DNA of 64,000 nucleotides. Source: Trichinella spiralis. Lineage: Eukaryota. Numbering within the stretch: position 1 is the stretch's first letter; each line of letters starts with the position of its first letter. This document shows positions 52,701 through 64,000 of the stretch, piece by piece. The position numbers were made by a program, and so were the translations under genes. The DNA lies in assembly GCF_000181795.1 (NCBI RefSeq), contig NW_003526943.1, forward strand, positions 11,646,007 through 11,710,006. Direction: 5' to 3'. The notes beneath the pieces are model-generated. The model did no database searches, had not been told where the DNA came from, and saw only the letters and a program-made list of their open reading frames with translations.

Positions 52701-53903
52701 TGTTGATGTTGTTTACATTTTGCGTATATCATATTTTATTAAAATTTTACAATTAGACCTTTCCCTTCTATGCCGCGGTTACATCGTCACATCCGAGAAA
52801 AGCACGTACCAGCGTCGGCCAAATGCATCTACGCTCAAAATAGAAGCCGGTTCGATTTTGAATATTTCGTCTTTGCTTTTTGACTTTTCGAACAGTTTTT
52901 TTTAAATGAATGATAATTGAATTTAGCAATTACATGCCACTGGCAGTGGTCGATTCTCCTAGAGCGTGTGATAACTTTTCACCGTCAACCCAGCCGACCG
53001 TGGCACCTCAAATAGCGCAGTCAATTTTGGCCGCTCAGCTATTGTCACAGCCTGTCGCCCAAACAACGCAGGGTGGTGTTTATCCATATCCAACTACTCC
53101 TTTACAATCAGTGCACTATTCGCACAATGTTGAAGCTTCTACTCATGCCATTCATCCAGGTTTACTCTCTTTTTACACCCTTTGTAGTCTGCTATATATA
53201 CGTATTGAACGTATAAATGTATAAATTTTTTAAACTGTTATTCTTTCAGAAAATAGTCGCTTAATATATGAAAATCAAAATATGCCGCTGTATGCTGCAT
53301 TGCCACAAAATTCAGCAGCCAGAATTCCCGCAGAAGTTGCAAATCTACATTCAAACATAGAGGGTGCGCATTTTTTTTGTTTATTAAAAAATTTGTTATT
53401 ATTATTATTATTATTGTTGTTGTTGTTGTTGTTGTTGTTTTTGTTTTCAGCTAACGTTGTTGCTGAAACAAATCAACCATTGTATGGAATTCAAGAAGGA
53501 TCTGTTATTGTTCAACCAGGGCAGCAACAAATGATGGACCGTTTTGGTGCTCCAGTCCAACAAGCTCCATCATCATCATCAGTTGCAGCTGAAGAATCTT
53601 TGTTGCCCGTATTTGTTGCGATTCCAAAAAAACCGAATCCTATCAGCTCGGATGCCGCAGTTTATTTGAGGTATCGAATTGAAAAACAAAAATTTATTTT
53701 CACTAACCAATTAATAAATTAAATTATTATTCAGTGCAATCGAAGGAATATTAAGTGGTGCATCATCTCGATCTGGCAATGTTGTACACGTAGGAAAGTA
53801 TTTCAGTAAAATTCCACAAACCGATGAAGAATTGATTCAAGGATATCTGCGAATGCAAAGACGTCTGTTCTTGGAAGGCCAAGAAACAAGAGGGATGCAG
53901 TGA
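43744..53903 (+). CDS. PBRM1: Polybromo-1 (PBAF subunit): six bromodomains, two BAH, HMG box, C2H2 zinc fingers
   Basis: Repeated bromodomain motifs (YPDYYEVIKKPIDL, FDNACKYNDPESQIY, FENARHYNEDYSVIY). BAH domains (IGDFAYV..HIMQIHRLWK; LGDSVYV..FVERLWK). HMG box SGYILFS..ENPDCSFGSISKIVGAEW. C2H2 CRWKDCDYQF..HVTNVH. Many GT-AG exons. Confidence 0.95.
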
Positions 53904-54202
53904 ATGGAAAATGCTCAGTACGCATCTTTTATTCTATTCTTCCCTCCCTTTTTTAAACATTAATTATTAGACCTCTTTTTGTTGGTGCTGATTTGTTTTA
54001 TCGTCCGTTTGCGATTGTAAGCCAATTGTTTCAATTCAGTTGTAGATTATTTTTATCCGCATCTATTTTAAAACCTTATGATTATTAATAATTGTTTTAT
54101 GGAAAAAATGTTTTACCAATTTATTTTATTGTTTGTTTAATGTGTTTATCGAATAGTGGTGGAGCTATTTACGCGCATTTGTTTGTAAAATACTTTCATA
54201 TG

Positions 54203-55205
54203 CACTAATACCCCGCTTAACGCTCATGACACGTTCCTGGAGAAGAACGACGCTGAGCGAAGTAGCGTTAAGCAGCGTCTTTATAGCACGTGTTTATAAG
54301 TACGTCGGTTCTAATGAAAATCAGAATATGTACAACAAAACATGTTCGAAATTTTAATAAAATGTTTACATATTCTGTTCATCATAATTATGGTTGTTAT
54401 GCAGGATCGGCTTGTGCTATTTCAAGCCTGGGTTTCTCGGTAATGAAAGCAAGCATCAGGAAGAGTTAATTAATTGTCTTTTATTTATTTTTCTCTCACG
54501 AATAATAATAATTTCTGTATAGCAGTAAATCATTCCAAAATTACCCCGCATTGCCTTGGAGCACAGTTCATAATCTGAATTGAAATGGTTCTGCGAAATG
54601 GTCCATGTCCACGATTTCTTTAATATTGTTGATTCTGTTGTTAGAATTCTCACCGGTGAATCCTATTCTGAATCGACAACGTGCATAGCTGTGATAATTC
54701 TTTTAGCTCATCTCGCTTTGTGTGTGACTCGAATAATTTCTGAACATCTTGCTCAGAAAATTATTGTGCTGCCTTGTCATCCGAACTGTGTATCTTATAA
54801 AGATTAGCTCGCCTTTTAAATCTATCAGTCCAATCAGCTCTGATAGTTAGTAAATTTTCACATTCATCTTCACTTTTTTATTTAATATGATAAAAGAAGA
54901 TGCTTTTTTTCCTTTTTCATAATTAGAATCAGGCTTACAGGCATGCACTGTTGCGTTTAATCAGCTACTCAAGCACTTAGCCTTCTATCCTTTTCTTCAA
55001 ATAAATGGATTCTTGAACGAGTTACTTTTTTTTGTTGTTGAAAAATTTCAGGTCTTCGATGCTGAAGATTTTATCTGATTTGCATTTTTCTTATAATACT
55101 GCTTTTTTGTGGGCTTTGCTAAATTAAGAGAATTACCACGTCGACTTGACGCTCATCAGCTTCCAATTGTAGTTTTATATTCAGAGAAATTGTTTTGTTT
55201 TGCAT
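54203..55205 (-). mobile_element. Decayed, internally deleted Tigger/pogo DNA transposon
   Basis: TIR-like end CACTAATACCCCGCTTAACG at 54203 with a subterminal inverted repeat (54215-54224/54264-54273). Broken minus-strand translation gives HTH-psq MQNKTISLNIKLQLEADERQVDV (~55205), CENP-B HTH RRLSA*VAD*TQQCMPVSLILIMKK (~54990-54915) and a Tigger-type C-terminus DYELCSKAMRG..CYTEI..RERK..RQ (~54580-54470). Confidence 0.78.
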
Positions 55206-56088
55206 TTTTGAATTATCATTATTTGCACACTTTTCTCCTGAAATAATGAACAGAACGCACTAAAAATATATACAAGCTATCACAATTACAGAAGCTAATA
55301 ATAATAATAATAATAATAATAACAAGTAAGTAATAAAACGCTCACAACAACACTTATTACTTAACATTGTTGTGTAAATAAATAAATTGTTAATAAGTAC
55401 AGAAAATATTACCACGTACGAAAAGCATTAAAATGTTGTTTGAAAATAAAAAGCATAATTTTCAGCTTGAATATCCTTTTTTTTTACAAATTTGTTGTAT
55501 TAGTATTAAAAAGAGATAAATTTATATGATAATTTAATCTATTAATAATAATAATATATATATATATATATATATATACTGGAGAGGACCACATCCGTGA
55601 CACTTCGAATAAAAAAAATTTCAGTGAGTAAAAATGTCGTTGTATGTTTACTTGTTTTTGATTCTGGAATTTTCAAATTAAATTATTTCAGCTGATAATA
55701 ACTTTTATTGCAGTTTGCAGATAACACGCGTTATAAATCGCTAGGTAATTTTTAGATAAAGAAAAGCCGCTACCTAATTATGCAGTTGTATATTAATTTT
55801 AGTTGACGATTATTTAATAATAATTAGGAAGACATCTATTGCTTATTTGATGAATGTTCACTTCAAGTTGACGTGATTATTTAAAAGAAGTTATTAATAG
55901 TATTTTAATCATCGAACAGTATTCGCAGCGTTGAATTTGTCTTCAAGTTTTGACCATATTTATTTTTCATTTCAAACATGATTTATTAATAGAATAAATG
56001 TATAATCAAAAATAAAATTAATCCATAAGCAATCGTTGAATCGTTGTGCAATTTGTTTTTCCTCATCAACTGTTCCACGTGTTTTTAA

Positions 56089-57336
56089 ATGGAATGTGTT
56101 CTGCATATTTTAAAAATAAAAGCCATTTTAATAATAGCAAGAGTTGTTGTAAGTGGCAGAACAACATGTAAGTTTAAATAGTAAAGTAAACTATGTACAG
56201 TGTAATGATGAAAATTGAGCAAAATTTAAAAAAAATAGTTTATAAAAAAATTACGGAAGGAATTAATTTGTCTATAAGAGAAAAAATCATTTTCCCATTT
56301 ATATTTTAATTAATGTAGATTTACCTTGCGGAATAGCCACAGTAGAAGCGAGAAATGCATTTGTATCTGTTGGACATCCTCCAAAATATACCAATGCTAT
56401 GGCAATGCCGAATTCAATGCCTTGGAATGTTATGGTCGAATCCAACGGAGAACGCTGTGGAGGTGTACTTTTCCGTCTAAGCCAATATTCGAACAGCAGC
56501 GACCTTGTTCTTTCATCATCCCAGTGTTTTTGGAAAAAGGAAGGGTGATGAAAATCATAATTTGTTTGCTTTTTTTAAAATTATTCTTTTTAACTATTGC
56601 CATTTTTCTCGTTAAGTGTTTTTGATCATACTAATGCAACGATTGTATTGGGTTTTTTCAAATATCCGCCCGTTGATGATGCTGTCACTGTTAGGGTGAA
56701 ATCGGTTACAGCAACACCGTTTGACATTTTGAAAAAAGATATTGCACTTGTAACACTTGAATCTGAAGTTGTATTCACCGACAAAGTGCGACCAATTTGC
56801 CTTCCAAACTCGGATGCAGAAATTCCCGTTTCAGAGGTACTGCATTTGACCGGTTGGAAAATGGGCACGGGTAAATAAAAATTTCACTACACAAAAGATG
56901 TTTTTGATGCTTTGAAAAGCTGCAAATTGTGAAAGACAATTTTTATTTCCAGAAAAACCAAGAGTTTCACATATGATGCACTTAGAAGTGCACATCATGC
57001 CAACTTCTTTGTGTGAATTATTATTTCCTAATTATTCAAGTTTTGATCACATTTGCGGTGAATATGTGGATCGTTTTATGTGCAACGGCACTCTACTAGT
57101 AAATCTTTTCATTTATTTCATTTATTCATTTTATTAGCAATTATTTCATTAATTAAAATTACTTTTAGATAGATTTTGGAAGTCCACTGATTAAAAAATA
57201 CGGTGATAAGATGTTTATAATTGGAATGTACAACGGTGAATTGCGACCTAAGGGCAGTAATGAAAGAATGTTATATTTCAGCAGGATTTCCACCAGCATC
57301 GATTGGATAATCCGTTCATATTATCCATCTCAGTAG
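56089..57336 (+). CDS. Trypsin-like serine protease homologue, predicted inactive, 5 exons
   Basis: Exons 56089-56167, 56319-56544, 56617-56870, 56953-57098 and 57169-57336 are phase-consistent. Motifs PNSMPWNV, CGGVL, DIALVTL, VRPICLP, TGW, ICG, IDWI. TAAHC is replaced by SSSQC and GDSGGP by IDFGSP. Confidence 0.87.
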
Positions 57337-60154
57337 CATAATTTTGTAAAATTAAAAACAGAAATTCTATTTGACTGATATTCTTAGGTGCAGAGAAATT
57401 GAGGAAAATGCTTTCGAAATGCTGAATTGCAAGTGATTTTATAATTCAACAAAATAAACTAATGAACTCTTGTGATGCATAAAAAAATACAGCATGAAGT
57501 GATCCATAAAAAGGTTAAAACAAAACATTGACACATTGCTTCATTCCACAGATTGGCATGAAAATACAACTTTAACAGGCTTCACCAAAAAAGCATCATT
57601 CAAAGTTCTCAGTTCCTTTCCTAAAAATTTTTTTTGACAGCCATACATACGCTTTCATAAAAATATGCAAAAATTTGTCAAATAAAAATAAGAAATTATG
57701 AATTGTAACAATTCTTCACGTTAACACATTCCATCTCTTGCCGTTGTAATTCTTGATGTTAAATTTGTACTTGCTCATATTTTGTTAGTTTAAATTAATG
57801 GTCTTTGTTTCACTAAGTTTGGAAATGAATTTTGAAGCAGATCTTTCAGAATAATATTTCCGTATAACTTTAATAAATTATTTGAAATCAACATTAAAAT
57901 AGCATATTTTATTATTCAACAACGAGCATAAAACAAAGAATGTGTACAATATGTACAATAAATCATTGCAAGATATTATACAATATCATAAGTGTAATGC
58001 ATAATGCGCATTAAAAATGCAATTAATGAATATACAGCACAGTACAAAATAAGAAATATATTTGAAATTAATGTGAAGTCATCACTTAAATGTTATCTGG
58101 TTTAACATTTCAATAAATGTCAGGGTTTCTGCTTGTTCGTGAAATCTGCTTTGATCAGACAAAAAAAAAGTTCACGTGATGTCTAAATAGTATTTACACT
58201 TTCAGTGCCTTGTCTCTCTGCTTTTTCTTTCTAAACTTCAGTGTCTTTCAGGTAAAGCCGTTTACATCACGTGCATTTGCATTTGTTTCTTTATTAATTG
58301 ATGTAATTTTAGTTTTTCATTATTTCTAAATAAAAATTATTATTACGCAAGGGTAGAAGTAGTGAATAGATGAGTAAAGAAACAATAGCGCAAGTTAAAG
58401 ATGCAAAAGAAATTTCAGCAAACTTATTGAAAAATGTAACAAGAGGAAAGCGTTGTAAATTTTATGCAAACAATTTTATCTGTTTAAACATTTTTTGTAG
58501 ATGTATAAATTCATTTCCTAAAATATTTTGAGGTTTTTATATGTGTATATATCAATATGGAACATTAATATTATTATATGCGCAAGCTTTACGTTGATTG
58601 TATGTTCTATTTTGTAGATAAGGGTAAATATCACATCTGCACAGATGTAAATTTCTTAAAAAGTCTTTGTTTATAATTTTTCATTATATAATAACAATAT
58701 AACAATGAATATAATGATAGTATCTTCGTTTTAAAAAAATCATCAGATTTTTGTACATAATTAATAATTTGGCTTAGTATCAGGAATTACACCTTTTCTG
58801 GCATGCGTGTCAATTAATAATAGTATTCAAATCAACAGCAATAAATAAAAGTGTTAAAATCAACAGCAGACATTTCATTTGCTCTAACTGAAATCACAAA
58901 TCATACATCCAATGCCGCAACAGTTGTAAATTCATTTCTCAGTAAATACAGTAATAGAAATCAAAGCAACGTTCAATACATGCCTGAATTTGCTTATCAC
59001 TAACAACTTTGCTTACCATGAACTCCATTAAAGTGATAAAAATTGTAAAAGGATATATTTTAACCGATGAAACAATATATATATTGCAACTATTAACAAT
59101 ACGAATTATTAGCTAATAAATTTCGAATTATCAGTTAATAAAATCTTGATTGAAAGGTGACAACATAAAAATCTACACAAAATCGAATTATGCTAACCAC
59201 TTTGAGCCGATAAACAAATAAAATCAATAAAAATCTTAGAACAATAAGAGAAAGGAAGAAATTTCGCTAATTGAATTCCCTTTGATTTAAGCAAAACTAT
59301 AGATGAAAATAAACAAAAATGAAAAATGATTCATTCTTATAAAAGCATTAATTATTAAACATCAAACGTTATGAATTAAGCACGCAAACCGCATAATATA
59401 TAATGCCGCCATGCAAATTTTTAATCATCATTATAAATGTAACTTTTATACACATTTTCTCTAAAAAATTGTAAAGTATAACCTTTCTGTTAATGTGAGC
59501 ATTTTCTTCAACTTTGTTTATTAATTTATGCATAAATAATTCATTGCTATGTAAATATTCCTTTCTGATTAAGTTTATATATAAAGAAGATGTCGAATGT
59601 ATTAATTAACTTGTGCTCATGTAAAATTAAGTGGCACATAGCTTCAATAATCAGTAAACATTTAATGATAAATTTACATTTTGCAACTTTTAATAAGAAT
59701 TTTTATGACCTCATGGTAAAAGAAGATTAAAAGAAGATTCTATTCTTGAAATTACGCTTCAGCAAAACTTGTGCAATGCAAATAATACAGTAGATTTTAG
59801 TTATGACGGAGCACAACTTCATGAATAGCACCTTACAATATTGTATTTTAATATCAAATTAATATGCACATTTATAGTTCAGGTATTTTAATAATATTCA
59901 CTTATCTTCATTTTATTCTTATCTTTCTTTTTTCCTCTTCTTATCTTAAGGAATGAATTTTTCATATAATTATCAGTAGAAAATATTTATGAAAAAACTT
60001 TGTATAGTCTTGCAATCGTTTTGAATATAACTGTTTGCTGTTATCCATAAAACAAGTAGGCACGATAATCTACAGTTTTAGTTTCCAAATTTGAAAAAAA
60101 TTAAAAAAGACAACGCTATTTCATCTTTTCACCATAATTGAACTTTGGTTTCAT

Positions 60155-62314
60155 TTAATTGCAAGCATCAGTACCGGTGATAAGCTCATTAAATCTAGTA
60201 AATATTGTAGCATCATCGATGCACACCGCTAATGCAGGTTCTTTTCTTTGACTTTTCTGAAAAGTAATGATCAGTTATACTTTAAAAATTAAGAATTTAC
60301 GAAAATACATTTACATGATATGGTTTGTCAATAGCACAGAAAATATTTCCAGGTTCCGTGACTGCCCATTGTGAAACGTCATTTTCAAGGGTGCTTGCAT
60401 CACCGGATACCGATATGGGAGATGTGATTAATTTAATATTTCTTCCCAAAATTCTGCAATCACCTTTCAATTTAGTATCCCTGGTTGTCCATACTTTTAG
60501 ATCTTTCTTCAATTTCCTCGAAAGAACTCTTTTGAACATCTCTAAAATTCAACTTTAATATCAGATCATCAGATCTATAATATTTTTTTCTCTTTTCTGC
60601 ATTCGCACTCCTTCACAGGTTTTAAGGCATAAACTGCCTATTTATGTCAACTTTTCACTTTGGTAACTTTACTTGGATGAAAATACGGATGGAACACCAA
60701 AATGAGATTGAACGACAGTGTGATTAATTAAAGTTATTTGAAATTGCTTTTGATAAGAAGAATCATTCACATTACAATAGCCTTGCAAAATATTTTCCAT
60801 ATAGTATGTCTTACATCTTAATTTTTAACTTACACTAAATACATTATTTATGCAAATTATTGAGTAATGAAATCAAGTTTTTCTAATATATTTTCGAAAA
60901 TTATTTTTTATTAGAAATCCTCACATTAAAGCTGAAAATCATACTGAATTAAAGCCAATTTAGATCTTTATAACTACTTTGTAGCAGTGAGCTTACAAAT
61001 TATCGAAATGGTTCTTACCATATCCAGATTTTTCACCTTTACTAAAAATTGAAACTTTTATTCCTGGATTTCCAGTGGCTTTTATTTCCTTGCTTATCGT
61101 TAAAGGAGGAAAGACACTGGAATCACCGTTGAGCAAATTTTTCAAATTAGGCCTTGAATTAACTTCCGTTGCAGGAATGTCATGATGATATACTACAGGT
61201 CTTGCAATTCGTAATGCATGTGCTGAAAGTATTATTAATTAAAATATATTCATAACACTCACAATGACATTTGTGATAAACAAGTGGTTATTTTACATTT
61301 AAGCAGTTCTTTTTGAAAACAATTAACAATCAAATTTATAAACACACAGTTCCACCAATTTGAAACTTTGTTAATAATAATTTTATTTATTAACATTATA
61401 GAATGAAGTGTTTCATATAACTAATATGTGACAAATAACCTGTTTGTTTCTCAAAAGATAATTATTATATTTAAACATATTTTTAATGTGCTTCATATAT
61501 TGCTCACCTATTACGTCCAGCTGCTCTTCTTTTATTGTAAAACAGACAAATAAATGTCCTTTTGCAATTTCTTCAGCAGGAAATGTATAAGCTTGCAATG
61601 CTTTTGGAAATCCTGGTACTGTGTGTATAATCCAAGCAGCAGAATCAGTAGGAGGATCAGGATGCATTATTAGAATACCTGTAACAGATTAGTGCAAATA
61701 ATATTGTGTTGCATATTATTTATGTGCTTACCTTTGCTGTTTGAATTTGTTTGAACTCCTACCGCATTTGGTGGTTTATTATTGTAAGCTACAAATTTAG
61801 CACTTGGGTCAACTACTGCTACATGCTCAAGAGCTTTGCCAAAAGAATTTCCAGCAGAATTGCCAACTGGTGCTGGTGATTGTTGCCATGCTCCATTTGC
61901 TGCAGTTATAATTCTTCCATCATTCCGGCCTGCAGCTTTGTATAAAATGGCCCTGTAAAAATTCACTGTAAATGATATGCATTGAGTTTCAAATTCTCAT
62001 GTTAGTAAATTGTATGCAGATGTTAATTACTTATATTAAAAGAACTAGAATAATGCATGAGTATAAATCAATAATTATATTATGGCATTTTATTATAGTT
62101 TTGCAAAAAAGTTAATATATTTTTTATATTCAGGGCGTTTTCTTTTAACTACTGTAAAGATGGTCATGTAATGCAATCATAAACAATGAATCAGACGATA
62201 CCAATCAGTATCTGCACCTCCATCTTGCGTTCGGCATTTTGATGTAGCTGCTATTGGATTTGGAAAAATTAGCAAAAAAATTAACATGCACTTCGATTCT
62301 ACAAAGCAGTTCAT
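60155..62314 (-). CDS. Secreted DNase II / plancitoxin-like protein lacking canonical HKD histidines
   Basis: Signal peptide exon 62314-62202 (..SKCRTQDGGADTDW). Then AILYKAAG, FVAYNN, SNSKGIL, WIIHTVPGFP, GHLFVCF, KVWT, DVSQWAV, FCAID and AVCIDDATIFTRF; stop at 60155. About 6 exons. Confidence 0.9.
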
Positions 62315-62480
62315 AATAGGCCAGAAAAAGCAGCTGCTGACGATCCCTGATACAGATAATTTACTGTGTATATGTTATGTTATGTAGGTCATTAGAATTT
62401 AGCATAACATATCTGTTAAACAAATGGTGACATACAGCTGTATAACCACCTCTAATAAACACGGTCTAATTAATGTAATA

Positions 62481-63245
62481 CAGTAGAACTCTGATTATCT
62501 GATCAAACTGTTTTTGGTGGTCGTTCGGATAATCGAATTTTCAGATCATCAGACGTTTTGAATATTTTAAAATGTATGTAAATAATTGAAGCGTTTATAG
62601 CTGCTATCCTCAATCAGATACGGAATAGTAGACATTCTGCTTATTATGCGACGTTATTTGCCTTTTATTCGTTTATACTGCATGAAGCGTTTATTAATGT
62701 GGTAGATTGTATTTTTCAGCGCTACATTCAAAAAGACCAGGTTTAGTTTGTCATATTTTACATAATCAGTAATAAGCTTCTGTTTGCATGTAGAAAGCTT
62801 CTTCTGTGCAGCAACATCACAAATATGTCTCAGTAGCATCAGCTGGGTAGCGCTGAATTTTTCCTGCTGATCCATCTACTTCAAATCGGCAAGAATAGGC
62901 TTCTGAATGGCTGAGCCCTTCATTTGGTTTATCAAACATATCAGACACATCGGCGTCTTCATTTTCATCTTCTTCCACTGCTTCGAGTATTTCATCGTCA
63001 GTTAATGTTCCAAATAATGAGTTATTATCAACAGCTAGCAACTGATCGACTCTGTCCCACGATAACTTAGAATTTTTGAATATTTCTATAATAGCTGTAC
63101 AGTTATCATCACAGCTTCTTAATTGGATTGCACATTCTTCATTGTAACCAAGAATTTCATTTCGAGTACATCCTGAAGTCGAGTCCCACGCTTGCGCAAT
63201 CATATAGCAGCAATCTTTTAAATTTATGTTCCGAAGTTGGAACAT
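62481..63245 (-). mobile_element. 3' fragment of a second Tigger/pogo transposon with terminal inverted repeat
   Basis: TA followed by CAGTAGAACTCTGATTATCTG at 62479-62501, with inverted copies TCGGATAATCG (62525) and TCAGATCATCA (62541). The frameshifted transposase C-terminus (INLKDCCYMIAQAWDS..LTDDEILEAV..SHSEA / KQKLITDY) spans ORFs 62817-63245 and 62654-62875. Confidence 0.85.
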
Positions 63246-64000
63246 CAGATCGTCTGCGTCAGCATCTGAAAGGACAATACGTCTCGAAAATTATTGAAAT
63301 TCAAATGTCTGTTGATTAGAAATAATTTTTGCAAATCATTCTGAACTGCGATAAAAGTGGAATGAAAGTAGAAAAGGGAAATTCATTTGTGCTAAATAAA
63401 GTCACACATTCGATGGGTATTGATTTTCAGATGAAATGCATAATTGTTATAAAAAGATATCATAGTTGATTTAATGTTTTGTAAATTACTTTACAAATTA
63501 AGTATAAAAAACACTTGACAGTGCAACTGAATCATTGTTTAGTTCTTGAAATATGATGCCTTCTTAATGCAGATTATACTGACATTAATAATGGTGTAAC
63601 TAACGAATGATAGTTGAAAAAAGTTCAATTTCTATGATAAAGACAATCCCATTATAATTTGCCTTTATATTATAGTTTAAATTCACAAAATGAGTAGAAA
63701 ATATGTTAACATTCCAAAAATGATGGGAGAGCGTAAAGTATAATAAACAATGATCAGTGCCAACAGCGTGAGAGAGAACAAATAAACGCCGCACAAACAA
63801 AGGCCGCATAGCAAAATGATGAATGTAGGGCAACTGAGAAAAGGGGGCGTTACTGGAATTTGTATTGACCAATCAGAATGCGACTGAAGTCCATATGCAG
63901 CGTTTGAACATCAGAATAGCGCACTGCTTTAAATTTCACTTGCTTTTAGACTTAACAAATAATAATACTAGCGATTAAATCAAACTAGTAATTTCGTAAT

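Noticed and set aside
1..64000. CRISPR arrays, rRNA, tRNA, prokaryotic operons or defence systems
   Set aside because: The sequence is intron-containing eukaryotic DNA, and I saw no repeat-spacer arrays or rRNA/tRNA signatures by eye.

Overview
AT-rich eukaryotic DNA with short GT-AG introns, so the ORF track fragments or misses most genes. The gene content (an HKD-less DNase II, an inactive secreted trypsin homologue, (AAT)n/(TA)n-rich short introns) suggests a clade I parasitic nematode such as Trichinella; this is inference. Genes assembled by hand, left to right: a partial coiled-coil ORF (-), SAP30 (+), an orphan EGF-containing single-pass membrane protein (+), exportin-6 (-), a P5B-ATPase of the ATP13A family (-), a class-5 semaphorin (+), an A20/AN1 zinc-finger gene (-), GPKOW (+), a ~102-aa RRM-like gene (-), polybromo PBRM1 (+), a catalytically altered trypsin-like gene (+) and a DNase II-like gene (-). 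Two decayed Tigger/pogo transposons bracket the last two genes. The most intriguing unexplained feature is a ~650-750 nt intergenic segment (about 12,310-13,066, + strand). It folds into many nested helices with G-U pairs biased to the + strand and ends in a hairpin followed by ACA, so it is a candidate undescribed structured ncRNA. A near-consensus CTCF site lies in a GC-rich island upstream of the semaphorin.
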